Source: Candidatus Moraniibacteriota bacterium (GTDB taxonomy: Bacteria; Patescibacteriota; Minisyncoccia; Moranbacterales; GCA-2747515). From it: a stretch of DNA of 64,000 nucleotides. The stretch lies in contig CP065011.1 in the NCBI GenBank assembly GCA_016699795.1, positions 78,168 through 142,167 of the forward strand. Direction: 5' to 3'. The notes under the pieces were generated by a model. It did no database searches, was not told where the DNA came from, and worked only from the letters and a program-made list of their open reading frames with translations. This document shows positions 38,018-48,618 of the stretch, in pieces (position 1 is the first letter of the stretch; each line of letters begins with the position of its first letter). Both the position numbers and the translations under genes were made by a program.

Positions 38018-38058
38018 AAAATAAAGAACTTATACCACTAAATATTACAAAAAACAAT

Positions 38059-38241
38059 TTATTCTTTGCTAGAAATAACTTGTCGTCCACGATAAGTTCC
38101 ACATTCAACACATGCTCGATGAGGAACTGTTTTAGAACCACAACTCTTACAGGGAACAACGCTAGGGGTCTTAAGCACGCTATTATGGCTTCTTCTTCTA
38201 TCACGTCTTGAACTCGTGTGTCGTCTTTTTGGTACTGACAT
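38059..38241 (-). CDS. rpmF: 50S ribosomal protein L32 (zinc-ribbon type)
   Basis: MSVPKRRHTSSRRDRRRSHNSV...CKSCGSKTVPHRACVECGTYRGRQV. Confidence 0.85.
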   Translation of the reverse strand: MSVPKRRHTSSRRDRRRSHNSVLKTPSVVPCKSCGSKTVPHRACVECGTYRGRQVISSKE

Positions 38242-38313
38242 AGATTCGCTTAAATTAACATTTCAAAGACATAATAACATACTTTTTCAAAAAAGCAATA
38301 TCTCAAATATTCC

Positions 38314-39978
38314 TTACATTTCACGTAAGTCTCCCTCTTCTCGAACAAGCGCTAATGTCTTTGCCTTACCGAAAAGACGAGAATAAACCTTTTTTCGAAA
38401 ATCACAAAATTCTTCAATACGAAGCCAATGACTCATTATTATATATGCTATAACCCCAATTGAACCAGCAAAAAAAAGACGTCCAAAAACTTCCCAAAAA
38501 GTATTAAGGTCAGTGATACTTCCCCAAAACAATTTCATAATCTGAACACATACTCCCGAAACAAAAACTGCTAAAAGCATAGGAAATATATTTAAAGATA
38601 CGCCAGTTTTTTTATCCATCCAGCCACTCCCCACACGCCTTCTTAAAAAGAAAAAGAGGAGAAAGATTTGAACGATACTCGCAAATGAAAAAGCAATGGC
38701 CAAAGAATAAACACCCCATATTTTCCATGTTAAAAGAATGCCTATGATATTTATACATTGCGAAAAAAGAGCAACAAAGAAAGGCGTTTTTGTGTCCTCT
38801 AGAGAATAAAAAGCGCGTATAGTAAGAGGAAGAAGGCTTTGTGCGAATAAACTTATAGAAAGAAGGCCTAAAACTTGAAATGTTCTTGTTGTATCTTCCC
38901 AATTAAAAACTCCGGAACCAAGAACAACTCGAACTAATTCTGCTCGAAGTAAAATAAGGAAAACAGAAGCAGGAATAACAAAATATAATATTCGACGTGC
39001 AGTTCCTATGAAAATATGTCGAAAATTTTCCATATTTTCTTCATCAACAGATGCACTTAATTTTGGAAATGCAGCAACAGCAAAAGATACTCCAATAATA
39101 GCTAAAGGAATACTTTGAAAATTATTAGCAAAATTAAATACAGCAAGAGATCCCGATACCATTATTGAAGCAAATAAAGTAATTATCCAAAAATGTATTT
39201 GTGAAGATGCAATCGAAAAAATTTGAGGAAACATAAGAAGTAATATCTTTTTTATTTTTGGATTTTTCCATGGAAATGCATAAGGACATTGAAAACGATA
39301 GCCACTTCGAACAACGGATATTGCCTGTATAAAAAAATGAAGTATCGATCCCATTACAACACCCCAAGCAAGACCAGAAGACCCAAATTTTTCAGAAAAA
39401 AACAGAATACCAAAAATAATTCCAATATTATACAAAATTGGTGCTATCGCATAAGCAAGAAATGATCTCTTAGAAATGAGCACACCCCCAAAAACAGCAC
39501 TCGCACCCAAAAATATTGGGCTAAGGAGCATTATTCTTGTCAGTTCTATCGTTGCTTCCAATTTTTGCCCCGAAAAACCAGGAGCTACCGCATAAACGAA
39601 AAAAGGCATGCAAAGAAAAGAAATTAAAGCAAAAAAAGTTATAGCCCCAACCAAAAGCAAAAGAAAATCGGATGTTAATTTCCATGCTTCTTCAAAATCA
39701 TCTTTTGCATAAATTTTCGAAAAGACAGGTATAAAAGCAGCACTTAAAGCACCTAAAACAAGTATTCCGTAAAGAAAATCTGGGATTCGAAATGATGCAT
39801 AATAAACATCAAGAACGTCTCCAGCTCCAAAAGTAGAAGCTAATAATCTATCTCGGATAAGCCCAAGAATTCGACTTAATATTCCGAATATAGCCAAAAT
39901 CAAAGCAGCTCCGGCTACTGTAGATATCGGCCGAGAAAAATGAGAAAACCAATCTAAGAAAAAAATTCTATGAATCAT
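38314..39978 (-). CDS. murJ: Lipid II flippase MurJ (MviN)
   Basis: 554 aa, ~14 TM. N-terminal ILSRILGLIRDRLLASTFGAGDVLDVYYASFRIPDFLY is the MurJ signature. Confidence 0.8.
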   Translation of the reverse strand: MIHRIFFLDWFSHFSRPISTVAGAALILAIFGILSRILGLIRDRLLASTFGAGDVLDVYYASFRIPDFLYGILVLGALSAAFIPVFSKIYAKDDFEEAWKLTSDFLLLLVGAITFFALISFLCMPFFVYAVAPGFSGQKLEATIELTRIMLLSPIFLGASAVFGGVLISKRSFLAYAIAPILYNIGIIFGILFFSEKFGSSGLAWGVVMGSILHFFIQAISVVRSGYRFQCPYAFPWKNPKIKKILLLMFPQIFSIASSQIHFWIITLFASIMVSGSLAVFNFANNFQSIPLAIIGVSFAVAAFPKLSASVDEENMENFRHIFIGTARRILYFVIPASVFLILLRAELVRVVLGSGVFNWEDTTRTFQVLGLLSISLFAQSLLPLTIRAFYSLEDTKTPFFVALFSQCINIIGILLTWKIWGVYSLAIAFSFASIVQIFLLFFFLRRRVGSGWMDKKTGVSLNIFPMLLAVFVSGVCVQIMKLFWGSITDLNTFWEVFGRLFFAGSIGVIAYIIMSHWLRIEEFCDFRKKVYSRLFGKAKTLALVREEGDLREM

Positions 39979-40001
39979 TATTATTCTCCTATCCTAGGGA
40001 T

Positions 40002-42953
40002 TTATTCAAAAACAGCTCCAAAAAACATATCCGTATCCCAATCAAAGGTTTTTCCTATAAGTTCCCCTTCTTTTGATTCTTCGATATTTTTATTTCTATA
40101 TAAAATATCCCATTTTTCTGGATATTGCAAAGTATAGGAGTATTTTCTTCCCATATTTCCCGATTGTTTTTGTGCAAGTAAAGAAAAAGATTTAATCTTC
40201 TGAGAACTTTTTTCTTGAACTCGGAAAGGTAAAATATACGTATACGTAACAGTTACTTCTTCTTTTGGACTCACGTAAACCCAATTTCCAAAAACAGTCT
40301 TTCCAGATTCTTCAAAAATTTGAGTCCCTGAATCATCCCGTATCATAGTAGATTCAATGTGAGAAACGGTTTCATCTGAAGTAAAGCCTAGCGTTTTATA
40401 ATCAAGTGGATTTCGGATTGCTTCTCGAGTATGTCCCGTAACAGAAATTAATTGAGATCCTTTTGGTACGTATACACGGAGATAATCAGCGTTAACACCA
40501 TTATACCATTGATACTCCGTATCTCCTCCATTATGTTTTCGATGTATGGATACCGTGTTTTGAATAGATCCATCTTCCATAATCTTCGATTCATGTCGAA
40601 CATCTTCTTCTATAACCTTATCTGTTTTAAAGCCATTAATATTTGAATGAATAATATTTAAATAATCATAATCCGTTTCTAAAATATCGCCAGACCAACC
40701 GGAAGATTCATAAAGAGTTTGGATCTTTTCGTTTCGTGAATACAAAAGAATATGTTTTTCACTCAAAGAATGAATCATTAAGGAAAGTATAGCAGAAACC
40801 CCCTCTTCACGTACATTCAAGAATAATTTTTCTATAAGAAGTGAAGAAAGCTCACCAAGGATTTTTTTTGGACGATTTTCTTTTGGATCATAACCTTCTT
40901 CAACTTCATATTGAATAAGGTCCATAAAATTTTCAGCATCAATAGTCACCTCATATTCTGGAATATCGATAGGGCCTGAAATTTGCAATAATCGCTCTAA
41001 TACTTTTGGCGTAATAGCAATAACACCATCCACGGTTGGTCCCCCTCCTTTTTCATAGAAATACATTGCTTTTTCTGCTGAAAGAGGAAAATGTGGGAAC
41101 CAATTGCTATCATGAAGACTCCATCCAGCGCTAATTTTTCTTATAGGTTCAGGAGGGATGGTATCTACTCGAAGCTGACCATCAGGATTAAAAACATCGT
41201 CCACAAAAAACTTTCGGATATGTCCCTTTTCAACATCAAGAAAACCGTAACTTCCTATAAAACCACCAGTAGCTCTCACTTCATGAGTATTCTGAAAAAG
41301 AAAGAGATATTTTCTAGGACCATTAGCCCCTACCATATCAGAAAATGCTTCCATATTCTCAACATAATGATCTGTTAAAGAAATAATCTCAGGAAGAGAT
41401 GATTTGAGAAGAAGAAATAATTCTCGCTTTTCCTCTGGTAAATGATCTATCTGTATATTCTCAGTCTGTTTTTGAGCTTCAACAAGATATAAACGCGCCT
41501 CTGCAATATTTTTTGAAAATTCTTCCAAAAAAACAATAAATGTTGTGTCTTCTGGATTTTTTGATGTAATAGCATCTCCTGTTTCCAACAAAAGTCTCGC
41601 CGAAGCGCTCATACTTTTTCCTGCGTAAGACAAATTCATTGCAATTTCCAAGGCACTTTTTCCCGAAGATATTTTTGAAATAAAAGGTATAGACAAATAA
41701 GATCCCCCAAGAATACCAGCCCAATCATTAAATTGAGTAGAAAGATTTTCAAATTGTTTCCCCGCATCATTAAAATAATTTTCGGATGAAAGGAAATCGA
41801 GTTCTTTCATTTTTTCCACAGCAAACATAGCATCGTCCAAACCTTCTGTACTCACTCCCAAAACATACTGCTCTAAAGCGAGTCCTCTGAAAAGAAAAAT
41901 GCCTGAAAATACAAAAATAAATACAACCGCTGAAGAAAGTGCAAAAGGTTTTATACTTAAGAAAGAAAAATTTTCTCTTTTTTTTATTCTCTTATTCTTA
42001 TTTTTATAAAAAGATTGTATTGAGGATTTATTCAAAAAATACTTTCTTGCATTAAAAAAACCTAAAAATATACTCTCTTTCTTCTTTTCTTTAAGGGAAA
42101 GTTCTGGGGTTATTTTTTTAATAGGAAATGTTGCAAGTTCTTTCTTGTGTTCTTTCTCGGTTTTCTTGAAAAGTGAGAAAAGTGAACGTTTCTCTGGTTT
42201 AGGTAAAGAGATTGAGGGCGCTTTCCATGGAAGTGTTGTTTTATCTTCTTTTTTTAGCTCCTTCGATTGGATTACTTGTGAGAAAAGGGATACCTTTTTT
42301 AATTCTTTGGGAGGTGGAACAGGAATTCCTCCAAAAAAATATCCTGTTTCTCTTAAGCCCAGAGAAGGCTTCGAGGATCTACTTTTCAAAGAATTTTCCC
42401 CTTTCTTCAAAGCCCATTCTTTATTTATACTCTCAAATTCGGGTTTTTGAATTTTTATTTCTTCTGAAGAAAAAATATTTTTTTCAAGAATCTTCTTTTT
42501 TTTCAACAACGATACTTCTTTTCTTTCATGAGAAAAGATGCTATCTTTTTCTTCACTATAAAACACTTTATTCTTTATAGTTTTTTCTTCTTTTTTAAGA
42601 TTATGAACAATCTTAATTTTGTGTTCATTTTTTTCAAGAGCCTTCTTTGAAATCACTCTATTCTCCTCTACTTTTTGCTCTTTAATCTGAAATAATTTCT
42701 CTATATCAGTATCCGCTCCAACTCGAATACCTTTAAAAATAATTTTTTTCTTATTTTCCTCTTCCTTATTTTCTTTAGAAATAATTATCTCGCGATTTAT
42801 AACTTTCGTTTTTTCCAATTTTATTATTTCTTTTTCATTTGAGACCAATTCTTTTTTCAAGGAAATATCATTTTGAGAATAGAAAAAACCCCTCTTTTGA
42901 GTTTTTTTAGGGCCCATGCTATCGATATTCACTATTTTCTTTTTCTTTTCCAC
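40002..42953 (-). CDS. Large DUF4012-domain membrane protein with a ~340-aa Lys/Glu-rich cytoplasmic N-terminus
   Basis: 983 aa. Low-complexity K/E-rich N-terminal third, single TM (AVVFIFVFSGIFLF), then extracellular domain containing RATGGFIGSYGFLDVEKG and a downstream region paralogous to 15862-17235. Confidence 0.6.
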   Translation of the reverse strand: MEKKKKIVNIDSMGPKKTQKRGFFYSQNDISLKKELVSNEKEIIKLEKTKVINREIIISKENKEEENKKKIIFKGIRVGADTDIEKLFQIKEQKVEENRVISKKALEKNEHKIKIVHNLKKEEKTIKNKVFYSEEKDSIFSHERKEVSLLKKKKILEKNIFSSEEIKIQKPEFESINKEWALKKGENSLKSRSSKPSLGLRETGYFFGGIPVPPPKELKKVSLFSQVIQSKELKKEDKTTLPWKAPSISLPKPEKRSLFSLFKKTEKEHKKELATFPIKKITPELSLKEKKKESIFLGFFNARKYFLNKSSIQSFYKNKNKRIKKRENFSFLSIKPFALSSAVVFIFVFSGIFLFRGLALEQYVLGVSTEGLDDAMFAVEKMKELDFLSSENYFNDAGKQFENLSTQFNDWAGILGGSYLSIPFISKISSGKSALEIAMNLSYAGKSMSASARLLLETGDAITSKNPEDTTFIVFLEEFSKNIAEARLYLVEAQKQTENIQIDHLPEEKRELFLLLKSSLPEIISLTDHYVENMEAFSDMVGANGPRKYLFLFQNTHEVRATGGFIGSYGFLDVEKGHIRKFFVDDVFNPDGQLRVDTIPPEPIRKISAGWSLHDSNWFPHFPLSAEKAMYFYEKGGGPTVDGVIAITPKVLERLLQISGPIDIPEYEVTIDAENFMDLIQYEVEEGYDPKENRPKKILGELSSLLIEKLFLNVREEGVSAILSLMIHSLSEKHILLYSRNEKIQTLYESSGWSGDILETDYDYLNIIHSNINGFKTDKVIEEDVRHESKIMEDGSIQNTVSIHRKHNGGDTEYQWYNGVNADYLRVYVPKGSQLISVTGHTREAIRNPLDYKTLGFTSDETVSHIESTMIRDDSGTQIFEESGKTVFGNWVYVSPKEEVTVTYTYILPFRVQEKSSQKIKSFSLLAQKQSGNMGRKYSYTLQYPEKWDILYRNKNIEESKEGELIGKTFDWDTDMFFGAVFE

Positions 42954-42984
42954 AAGACGTAATATTTCTTGTTCTTTTACTATT

Positions 42985-44124
42985 CTACTCTTTCGATGTT
43001 TGTGTGTACACCCGATGAATTATATGAATGAAACTCCTCCATTTATACTTTTTCACCTGCTCATATCCCCTACGAATACATCGATTTCGAACATCTTCAT
43101 TATCTAAAACCATTCTCATTGCCCGCCCTAGAGAATTCTGATCCTTAACATCACAATACAAAGATGCTCTTCCTTGAATTTCCGGCATAGCACTTATTCG
43201 AGAACTTATCACAGGAATTCCTCTTGCCATTGCTTCCAAAGGAGGAAGGCCACATCCTTCATAAAGAGAAACAAACGTAAATGCTTTTGCCTCCCTATAA
43301 AGAACATCTAAAATATCATCACTTACTTCCCCCACAAATATAATAATTTTTTCTTCCATAGCTTCAGAAAAAAATTCCTGAAGACGTTTATAAAAAATAT
43401 CTATTTTTCCCACAAGAACAAGACAAATATCATCTCTTTTTATTGAAAGAAATGCCTCTATAAGATTCGAAAGATTCTTATGTGGGTAAGCATTTCCTAC
43501 ATAAAGAAGATACGGTTTTAGTATACCACATTTTTTCAATATATCTGAATAGTCTGATGAATTTTTTAAATCTCTCTTTATAAGAGAAAAAAAGGGTTGA
43601 TACGCTACAGTAATTTTTTCTTTTGGAAGAAACGGATAATGAGAAATAATATCTTTCTTTGAAAATTCCGACACCGTTAATATATGAGAAGCTCTTTTTA
43701 AGGAAGTACGTAAAATATATTTATATGCATAAAATTTAAATATATAAAAAAAGAAAAATAATGTTGAATTTTTTTGATGAGTGCTGTGTCGAAGAAGAAT
43801 AAGATCATGAATTGTAACCACAAAAGTTCTTCGATAAAAAATAGGAACATTAAAATGTAAAAAATGAACCAGATCAAGTTTATATCTTCGAAGTATTTTC
43901 GGCATTAAAAATTGCTCTCGAAATCCATACCACGGAATATCGGCAAGAATTTTATGAAATCGATCATTTTTTGGTATATATTCAGAAAAATTTTGACTAC
44001 GCAAGAAAATAAAATATTCATTCTCTCTGTCCTCTAATTCCAGATAATGAATAAGTTGTTGTGTGTATCGACCAAGACCTTTTCCAAGTTTTCCATAGAA
44101 TCTCGCATCAATACCTATTCGCAT
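42985..44124 (-). CDS. Glycosyltransferase family 4
   Basis: MRIGIDARFYGKLGKGLGRY...EGCGLPPLEAMARGIPVISS. Start trimmed to the internal ATG (track start 44199 would overlap the upstream gene by 53 nt). Confidence 0.7.
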   Translation of the reverse strand: MRIGIDARFYGKLGKGLGRYTQQLIHYLELEDRENEYFIFLRSQNFSEYIPKNDRFHKILADIPWYGFREQFLMPKILRRYKLDLVHFLHFNVPIFYRRTFVVTIHDLILLRHSTHQKNSTLFFFFYIFKFYAYKYILRTSLKRASHILTVSEFSKKDIISHYPFLPKEKITVAYQPFFSLIKRDLKNSSDYSDILKKCGILKPYLLYVGNAYPHKNLSNLIEAFLSIKRDDICLVLVGKIDIFYKRLQEFFSEAMEEKIIIFVGEVSDDILDVLYREAKAFTFVSLYEGCGLPPLEAMARGIPVISSRISAMPEIQGRASLYCDVKDQNSLGRAMRMVLDNEDVRNRCIRRGYEQVKKYKWRSFIHIIHRVYTQTSKE

Positions 44125-44146
44125 AGAACAAAAAATAAGAGGTGAT

Positions 44147-45433
44147 TCAATTTTTCTTGGGAAGAAGTGTTTCAATAGCTTTGTCCAGTTGTGGATCACG
44201 ATCTTTTTGATAATCCTCTTCTGTCATGAGGACTTCTATTTCAGGTGAAATCCCTTCTTTATCTATATGTTCACCTGAAGGGGTTAGCCATTTAGCTATT
44301 GTTATTTTTGCAGCTGTTTTTTGAGGCAAAGGAACAAGTTCTTGCACGGAACCTTTTCCAAAACTTTTCTCTCCTATTAAGGTAACGTCTTCTCTATGAT
44401 GTTTCAAAGCTCCTGCTAAAATTTCTGAAGCACTCGCACTCCCTCTATTAATAAGAATAACCATTGGCATTTTAGAAAGATATTCTGTCTCCGTTGTTTT
44501 TGTTGAACGTAATTCATTTCTTTTTCCACTTCCGTCTTCTTCAATAACAACAATTGATCCAGGATTGATCATCATACTTGCTATTTCAACCGCTGTAGAA
44601 AGATATCCTCCTGGATTATTACGAAGATCAATAACTAATGATTTCATATTTGCCATTCGAGCATTCCCTACAGCAACACGAAATTCTTGAAGTGTTTTTT
44701 CTCCAAACTGTCGAATTTCAATTAATGCTACATCATCACGCATTTCCAGAACAACACTCTCTACTTTTATAGTTTCACGAACTATACTCACATCAATCGT
44801 TTTTGACGCTCCTTCTCGAATAATAGTCAAAACGACTTCCGTTCCTTTTACTCCTCGTATCTTCGATACGGACTCCACAAGGCCCATATCTGTGATATCT
44901 TCTTTATTTACAGCAATAATAATATCTCCCGATCGAAGTCCCGCGCGATCAGCTGGAGACTCTTTTAGCGGGGCCACTACGGTCAATAATTCATTCTTTT
45001 TTTCTAATTCAGCACCAATTCCTTCAAACTCTCCTGATATACTTTGATCAAATTCTTTATTTTCTTCAGGATCGAAAAAAGTTGTATAAGGATCTCCTGT
45101 AGCATGGAACATTCCTTCTATAGCACCATAAATTATCTCTTGATTATTTATTTTTTTAGTATCCACAAATTTTTCCTTGAGAATATCCCATGATTTCCAA
45201 AATAAAGAAAAATCTGCGTCAAAATTCGAAGGGTTACAGGAAGAATTATCTCCAAAAGCAAAAGAAGATAAAGATGTTCCTAAACCACCTTCTTTTCCTT
45301 GTGTATATCCATAACGATATACACCGAAAAATGAAATAAAAAGAATAACCCAAAATAAAAAATATCGTAAAAAAAGAAATCTTTCTTTATTCTTTGGGGA
45401 GGTTTGCATTGTTTCTTGGGTATGATTTTCCAC
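44147..45433 (-). CDS. Carboxyl-terminal processing protease (S41, CtpA/Prc-like) with PDZ domain
   Basis: PDZ (GLRSGDIIIAVNKEDI), then ILINRGSASASEILAGALKHH and a catalytic Ser/Lys dyad region. N-terminal TM. The true start may be the internal M at ~45409. Confidence 0.75.
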   Translation of the reverse strand: MENHTQETMQTSPKNKERFLFLRYFLFWVILFISFFGVYRYGYTQGKEGGLGTSLSSFAFGDNSSCNPSNFDADFSLFWKSWDILKEKFVDTKKINNQEIIYGAIEGMFHATGDPYTTFFDPEENKEFDQSISGEFEGIGAELEKKNELLTVVAPLKESPADRAGLRSGDIIIAVNKEDITDMGLVESVSKIRGVKGTEVVLTIIREGASKTIDVSIVRETIKVESVVLEMRDDVALIEIRQFGEKTLQEFRVAVGNARMANMKSLVIDLRNNPGGYLSTAVEIASMMINPGSIVVIEEDGSGKRNELRSTKTTETEYLSKMPMVILINRGSASASEILAGALKHHREDVTLIGEKSFGKGSVQELVPLPQKTAAKITIAKWLTPSGEHIDKEGISPEIEVLMTEEDYQKDRDPQLDKAIETLLPKKN

Positions 45434-46214
45434 GGTATTTCCAAAAATATTTTAACGCACTATCTATATGTATCCATGTTAGTTTATTCCATAAAAGCGA
45501 TCGAATCAACCCCCCATTTGCACTTCCCTTTCCGTGAAAATGATAAATTCTTGCTTTAGGGAAATAAATAACTTTTTTTCCAATCTCCCAGTATCTTCTA
45601 CACAAATCAGTATCTTCAAAATACATAAAAAATCGAGAATCAAAACCTCCTATTTTTTTCACTTCCCTACGTCGAACCATCATTGCAGATCCCATTATCC
45701 AATCAGGTTCAGAAATTTCATCATTTCCGAATTCTTTCATTGTAAATTGTTCTAAATGTTTTTTGGCGAAAGCAAGCTTTCCCAAAAAAGTTCGTCGATA
45801 AAGAACCGTTATGGGACTATAAAAACGAAATCGCGTATTTTGAACAGATCCATCAAAATTTAAAACCTTTGGTGCAACCAATCCAACATCCGGATTCTTA
45901 TCTAAATACATACCGAGATTTATAAGAGCCTCCTGATCTATAATAGAATCATAGTTAATAAAAAAAATGTAGTCTCCTCGAGCGTGTTTAAGTCCACAAT
46001 TAGCAAGAGCTCCCATTCCAACATTTTTTTTATGAGGGAAAAAGTGAATATTTGGAAAATCTTCCCGCATCATCATTTCCGTATCTTCTTCAGTTTCAGA
46101 ATCAGCCACAATAATTTCCGCCTCAAGACCTTTCGTTGCAGACATCGCATTTCGAACACACCGAGAAAGCATCTGGGCATTCTTATAACTATTGATAGCA
46201 ACAGTATATTTCAT
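45387..46214 (-). CDS. Glycosyltransferase family 2
   Basis: YTVAINSYKNAQMLSRCV...FINYDSI (DxD region)...FFMYFEDTDLCRR, the classic GT2 (GT-A) motifs. Confidence 0.7.
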   Translation of the reverse strand: MKYTVAINSYKNAQMLSRCVRNAMSATKGLEAEIIVADSETEEDTEMMMREDFPNIHFFPHKKNVGMGALANCGLKHARGDYIFFINYDSIIDQEALINLGMYLDKNPDVGLVAPKVLNFDGSVQNTRFRFYSPITVLYRRTFLGKLAFAKKHLEQFTMKEFGNDEISEPDWIMGSAMMVRRREVKKIGGFDSRFFMYFEDTDLCRRYWEIGKKVIYFPKARIYHFHGKGSANGGLIRSLLWNKLTWIHIDSALKYFWKYRGKSYPRNNANLPKE

Positions 46215-46237
46215 ATTATAAAACTCTCATTTTTGTA

Positions 46238-47440
46238 TTATTTTTGAGAACTTTTTTCTTTATCTACAGCGCCATCTTCTTTAGGAAGAAATGATTGAAA
46301 CATTTCACGAATACGGTCATAGGAGTCCCCTCGAGGAAGAAGAATATATCCAGCGTCTCCTGTATTTTCAGGAGCATAAAGAAGACCTTCTTCAGAATTT
46401 TCTAAAACTTTTTGAGGTATATCTTGTTTATCTTGAAAAGATTGAACGAACTCAAAAAACTTCTTCATTTCCCACAATTGAAGATCCGTTCTAAGATTAT
46501 TTCCAAGAGCATCGAGTATTGCATTTACTTTATCTATATCAGTAACCAGGCCCAAAGAAAAAGCTTTCTCTTTTAATAGCTTAATAACTTCTTGTTGGCG
46601 TCTTGCTCGATCGAAATCGCTAGAAGTAACTCGTGAACGAACATAGCATAAAGCCTGCTCTCCATTTAAAGTATTCTTTCCTGCTGGAACTCTAAAAATA
46701 CCTCCGCATTCCTCTTCTGCGTTATAACACAAAGGATACCTAGCACTTATTTTTCCAGTTTTTTTACTTATTTTTTCTTGATAATTCCCAGAAGGAACAG
46801 TGAAGACATTTGCATCACAAACACGTTCTTCATGAAACTGTAATGGTTCAATAAATTCATTTTCTAAAACAATTTCTATACCACCAAGAGCATCGATAAG
46901 TTCTTCAAAAGCTTTAAAATCAATACGAATAGCATAATGTATTTCTTGACCAAGAATATCAGAAAGGACAGTTTTCATATATTGCAAACCTTCTCCTTCA
47001 CCTTTCTCTTCTCCTAATGTATGTATAGCATTTATTTTTACTCTATTCGTTGTTTCAGGAACAGCCACCTGAAGATCTCGAGGTATACTCACCAAAGAAA
47101 CTGACCCTGTTTTATTGATACTTACTATCATTATAGTATCCGAAAGAAGTCCACCCCCCTCAACTCCCAAACCACGCATACCAAGAAGGACAATATTTGT
47201 TCGACCTTCTTCGGTAGATTTAAGCTCATCAGAAACGCCAGGCAATGATCGAAAGAGACTATTCATAACTCCAGCATTAGGAGCTATTTTTATAATTGTT
47301 TTTCCAAACCAAAAAAAGATCACCAACAAAAGAAGAAAAAATACAGCTATTACACTAATGATTATTTTCTTTTTCTTAGAAAATTTTTCTTTCTTTTGAT
47401 CGGTATTATTTTGCAATTTCTTTGTTCTTGTTAAAATCAT
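46238..47440 (-). CDS. LytR-CpsA-Psr (LCP) family glycopolymer transferase
   Basis: N-terminal TM. NIVLLGMRGLGVEGGGLLSDTIMIVSINKTGSVSLVSIPRDL is the LCP core signature. Confidence 0.75.
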   Translation of the reverse strand: MILTRTKKLQNNTDQKKEKFSKKKKIIISVIAVFFLLLLVIFFWFGKTIIKIAPNAGVMNSLFRSLPGVSDELKSTEEGRTNIVLLGMRGLGVEGGGLLSDTIMIVSINKTGSVSLVSIPRDLQVAVPETTNRVKINAIHTLGEEKGEGEGLQYMKTVLSDILGQEIHYAIRIDFKAFEELIDALGGIEIVLENEFIEPLQFHEERVCDANVFTVPSGNYQEKISKKTGKISARYPLCYNAEEECGGIFRVPAGKNTLNGEQALCYVRSRVTSSDFDRARRQQEVIKLLKEKAFSLGLVTDIDKVNAILDALGNNLRTDLQLWEMKKFFEFVQSFQDKQDIPQKVLENSEEGLLYAPENTGDAGYILLPRGDSYDRIREMFQSFLPKEDGAVDKEKSSQK

Positions 47441-47467
47441 AAAAAAATATTTATATAAAAATCACTC

Positions 47468-48604
47468 TTACATTTTATGGTATACTTCCGCAAGCATTTG
47501 AGCTGATTTCTTCCAATTAAAAAGCTTTTTTCTCTCAGAACCTTTTTCCCGAAGAGACTGAGAAAAATGCTTGTCTATGATGACACGATAAAGAGATTCC
47601 GTCAATATTTCTTTTTTAAAGGGAACAAACAAGGCAGCATTTTCAGCCACTTCTCTATAAGGAGGGATATCAGAAACTACAAGAGGAATATTTCGAGCCA
47701 TTGCTTCAAGAAGAGGTAATCCGAAGCCCTCATAGAGAGAAACACTCACAATAGTATCAGAAAGATCCATAATAATTTTAAGATCCTCCTCTGGGATATA
47801 TCCCAGGAAGAGAACGCTTTTTTGAAGCTTATATTTTATAATGGTCTCCTCGATAGATGTGTCGAAATGATACGACTTTTTTGATCCTGTAAACACCAAT
47901 GCCACATCTGGAATTTTTTTTAAAAGTTGAGAAAATGCTACCAAAAGAAATGGTATATTTTTTCGAGGCTGAAGAGTTCCTATGTGGAAAATAAATTTTT
48001 TCGGTAATATATATTTCTTTTTTACTTCTTCTTTCTGAAAATTAGTAGAAATATCTTGTCCATATACGTCCTCTACAGCATTAGGAATAACAAATATTTT
48101 TTCAGATTTTATTCGATAATAATGTATCAATTCTTCTTTTGTAAATTCTGAAACAGCAATAATCGCCGAAGAACGTTCAATACTTTTTGGAATAAGTGTT
48201 TGAAGAAAAAATCTATCTTTGTAAGAAAGATATTCGGGGTATCGTGCAAAAGAAATATCATGAATATGCGTTATCATCTTTGTCTTTTTTGGTATCCCCC
48301 ATGGAAGAATATATTGAGTATGATAAATATCTAGATCTAATTTTCTTGCAGCATTTTGAGCAGAAAAAGCATTCCATAAAAATTTATTTCCATTTCCACA
48401 TTGATACAAAGAAGTATCTCTAAAAGCTTTTACTCCTAAACGATTTTCTAAGATTTTTATTTCTTCTTCTGTTCGATCATCCAAAAGAAATCGAAAAGAG
48501 TCTTCTTCGCTTACCAGAGGAAGATATTTTGCTAAATGAAAAAATACTGTTTCATCACCAGTTCTATTCTTTCCTACATTTCGGATATCTAATCCAATTT
48601 TCAT
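47468..48604 (-). CDS. Glycosyltransferase family 4
   Basis: MKIGLDIRNVGKNRTGDETV... and C-terminal EGFGLPLLEAMARNIPLVVSDI. Confidence 0.7.
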   Translation of the reverse strand: MKIGLDIRNVGKNRTGDETVFFHLAKYLPLVSEEDSFRFLLDDRTEEEIKILENRLGVKAFRDTSLYQCGNGNKFLWNAFSAQNAARKLDLDIYHTQYILPWGIPKKTKMITHIHDISFARYPEYLSYKDRFFLQTLIPKSIERSSAIIAVSEFTKEELIHYYRIKSEKIFVIPNAVEDVYGQDISTNFQKEEVKKKYILPKKFIFHIGTLQPRKNIPFLLVAFSQLLKKIPDVALVFTGSKKSYHFDTSIEETIIKYKLQKSVLFLGYIPEEDLKIIMDLSDTIVSVSLYEGFGLPLLEAMARNIPLVVSDIPPYREVAENAALFVPFKKEILTESLYRVIIDKHFSQSLREKGSERKKLFNWKKSAQMLAEVYHKM

Positions 48605-48618
48605 ACTAATGTAAAATT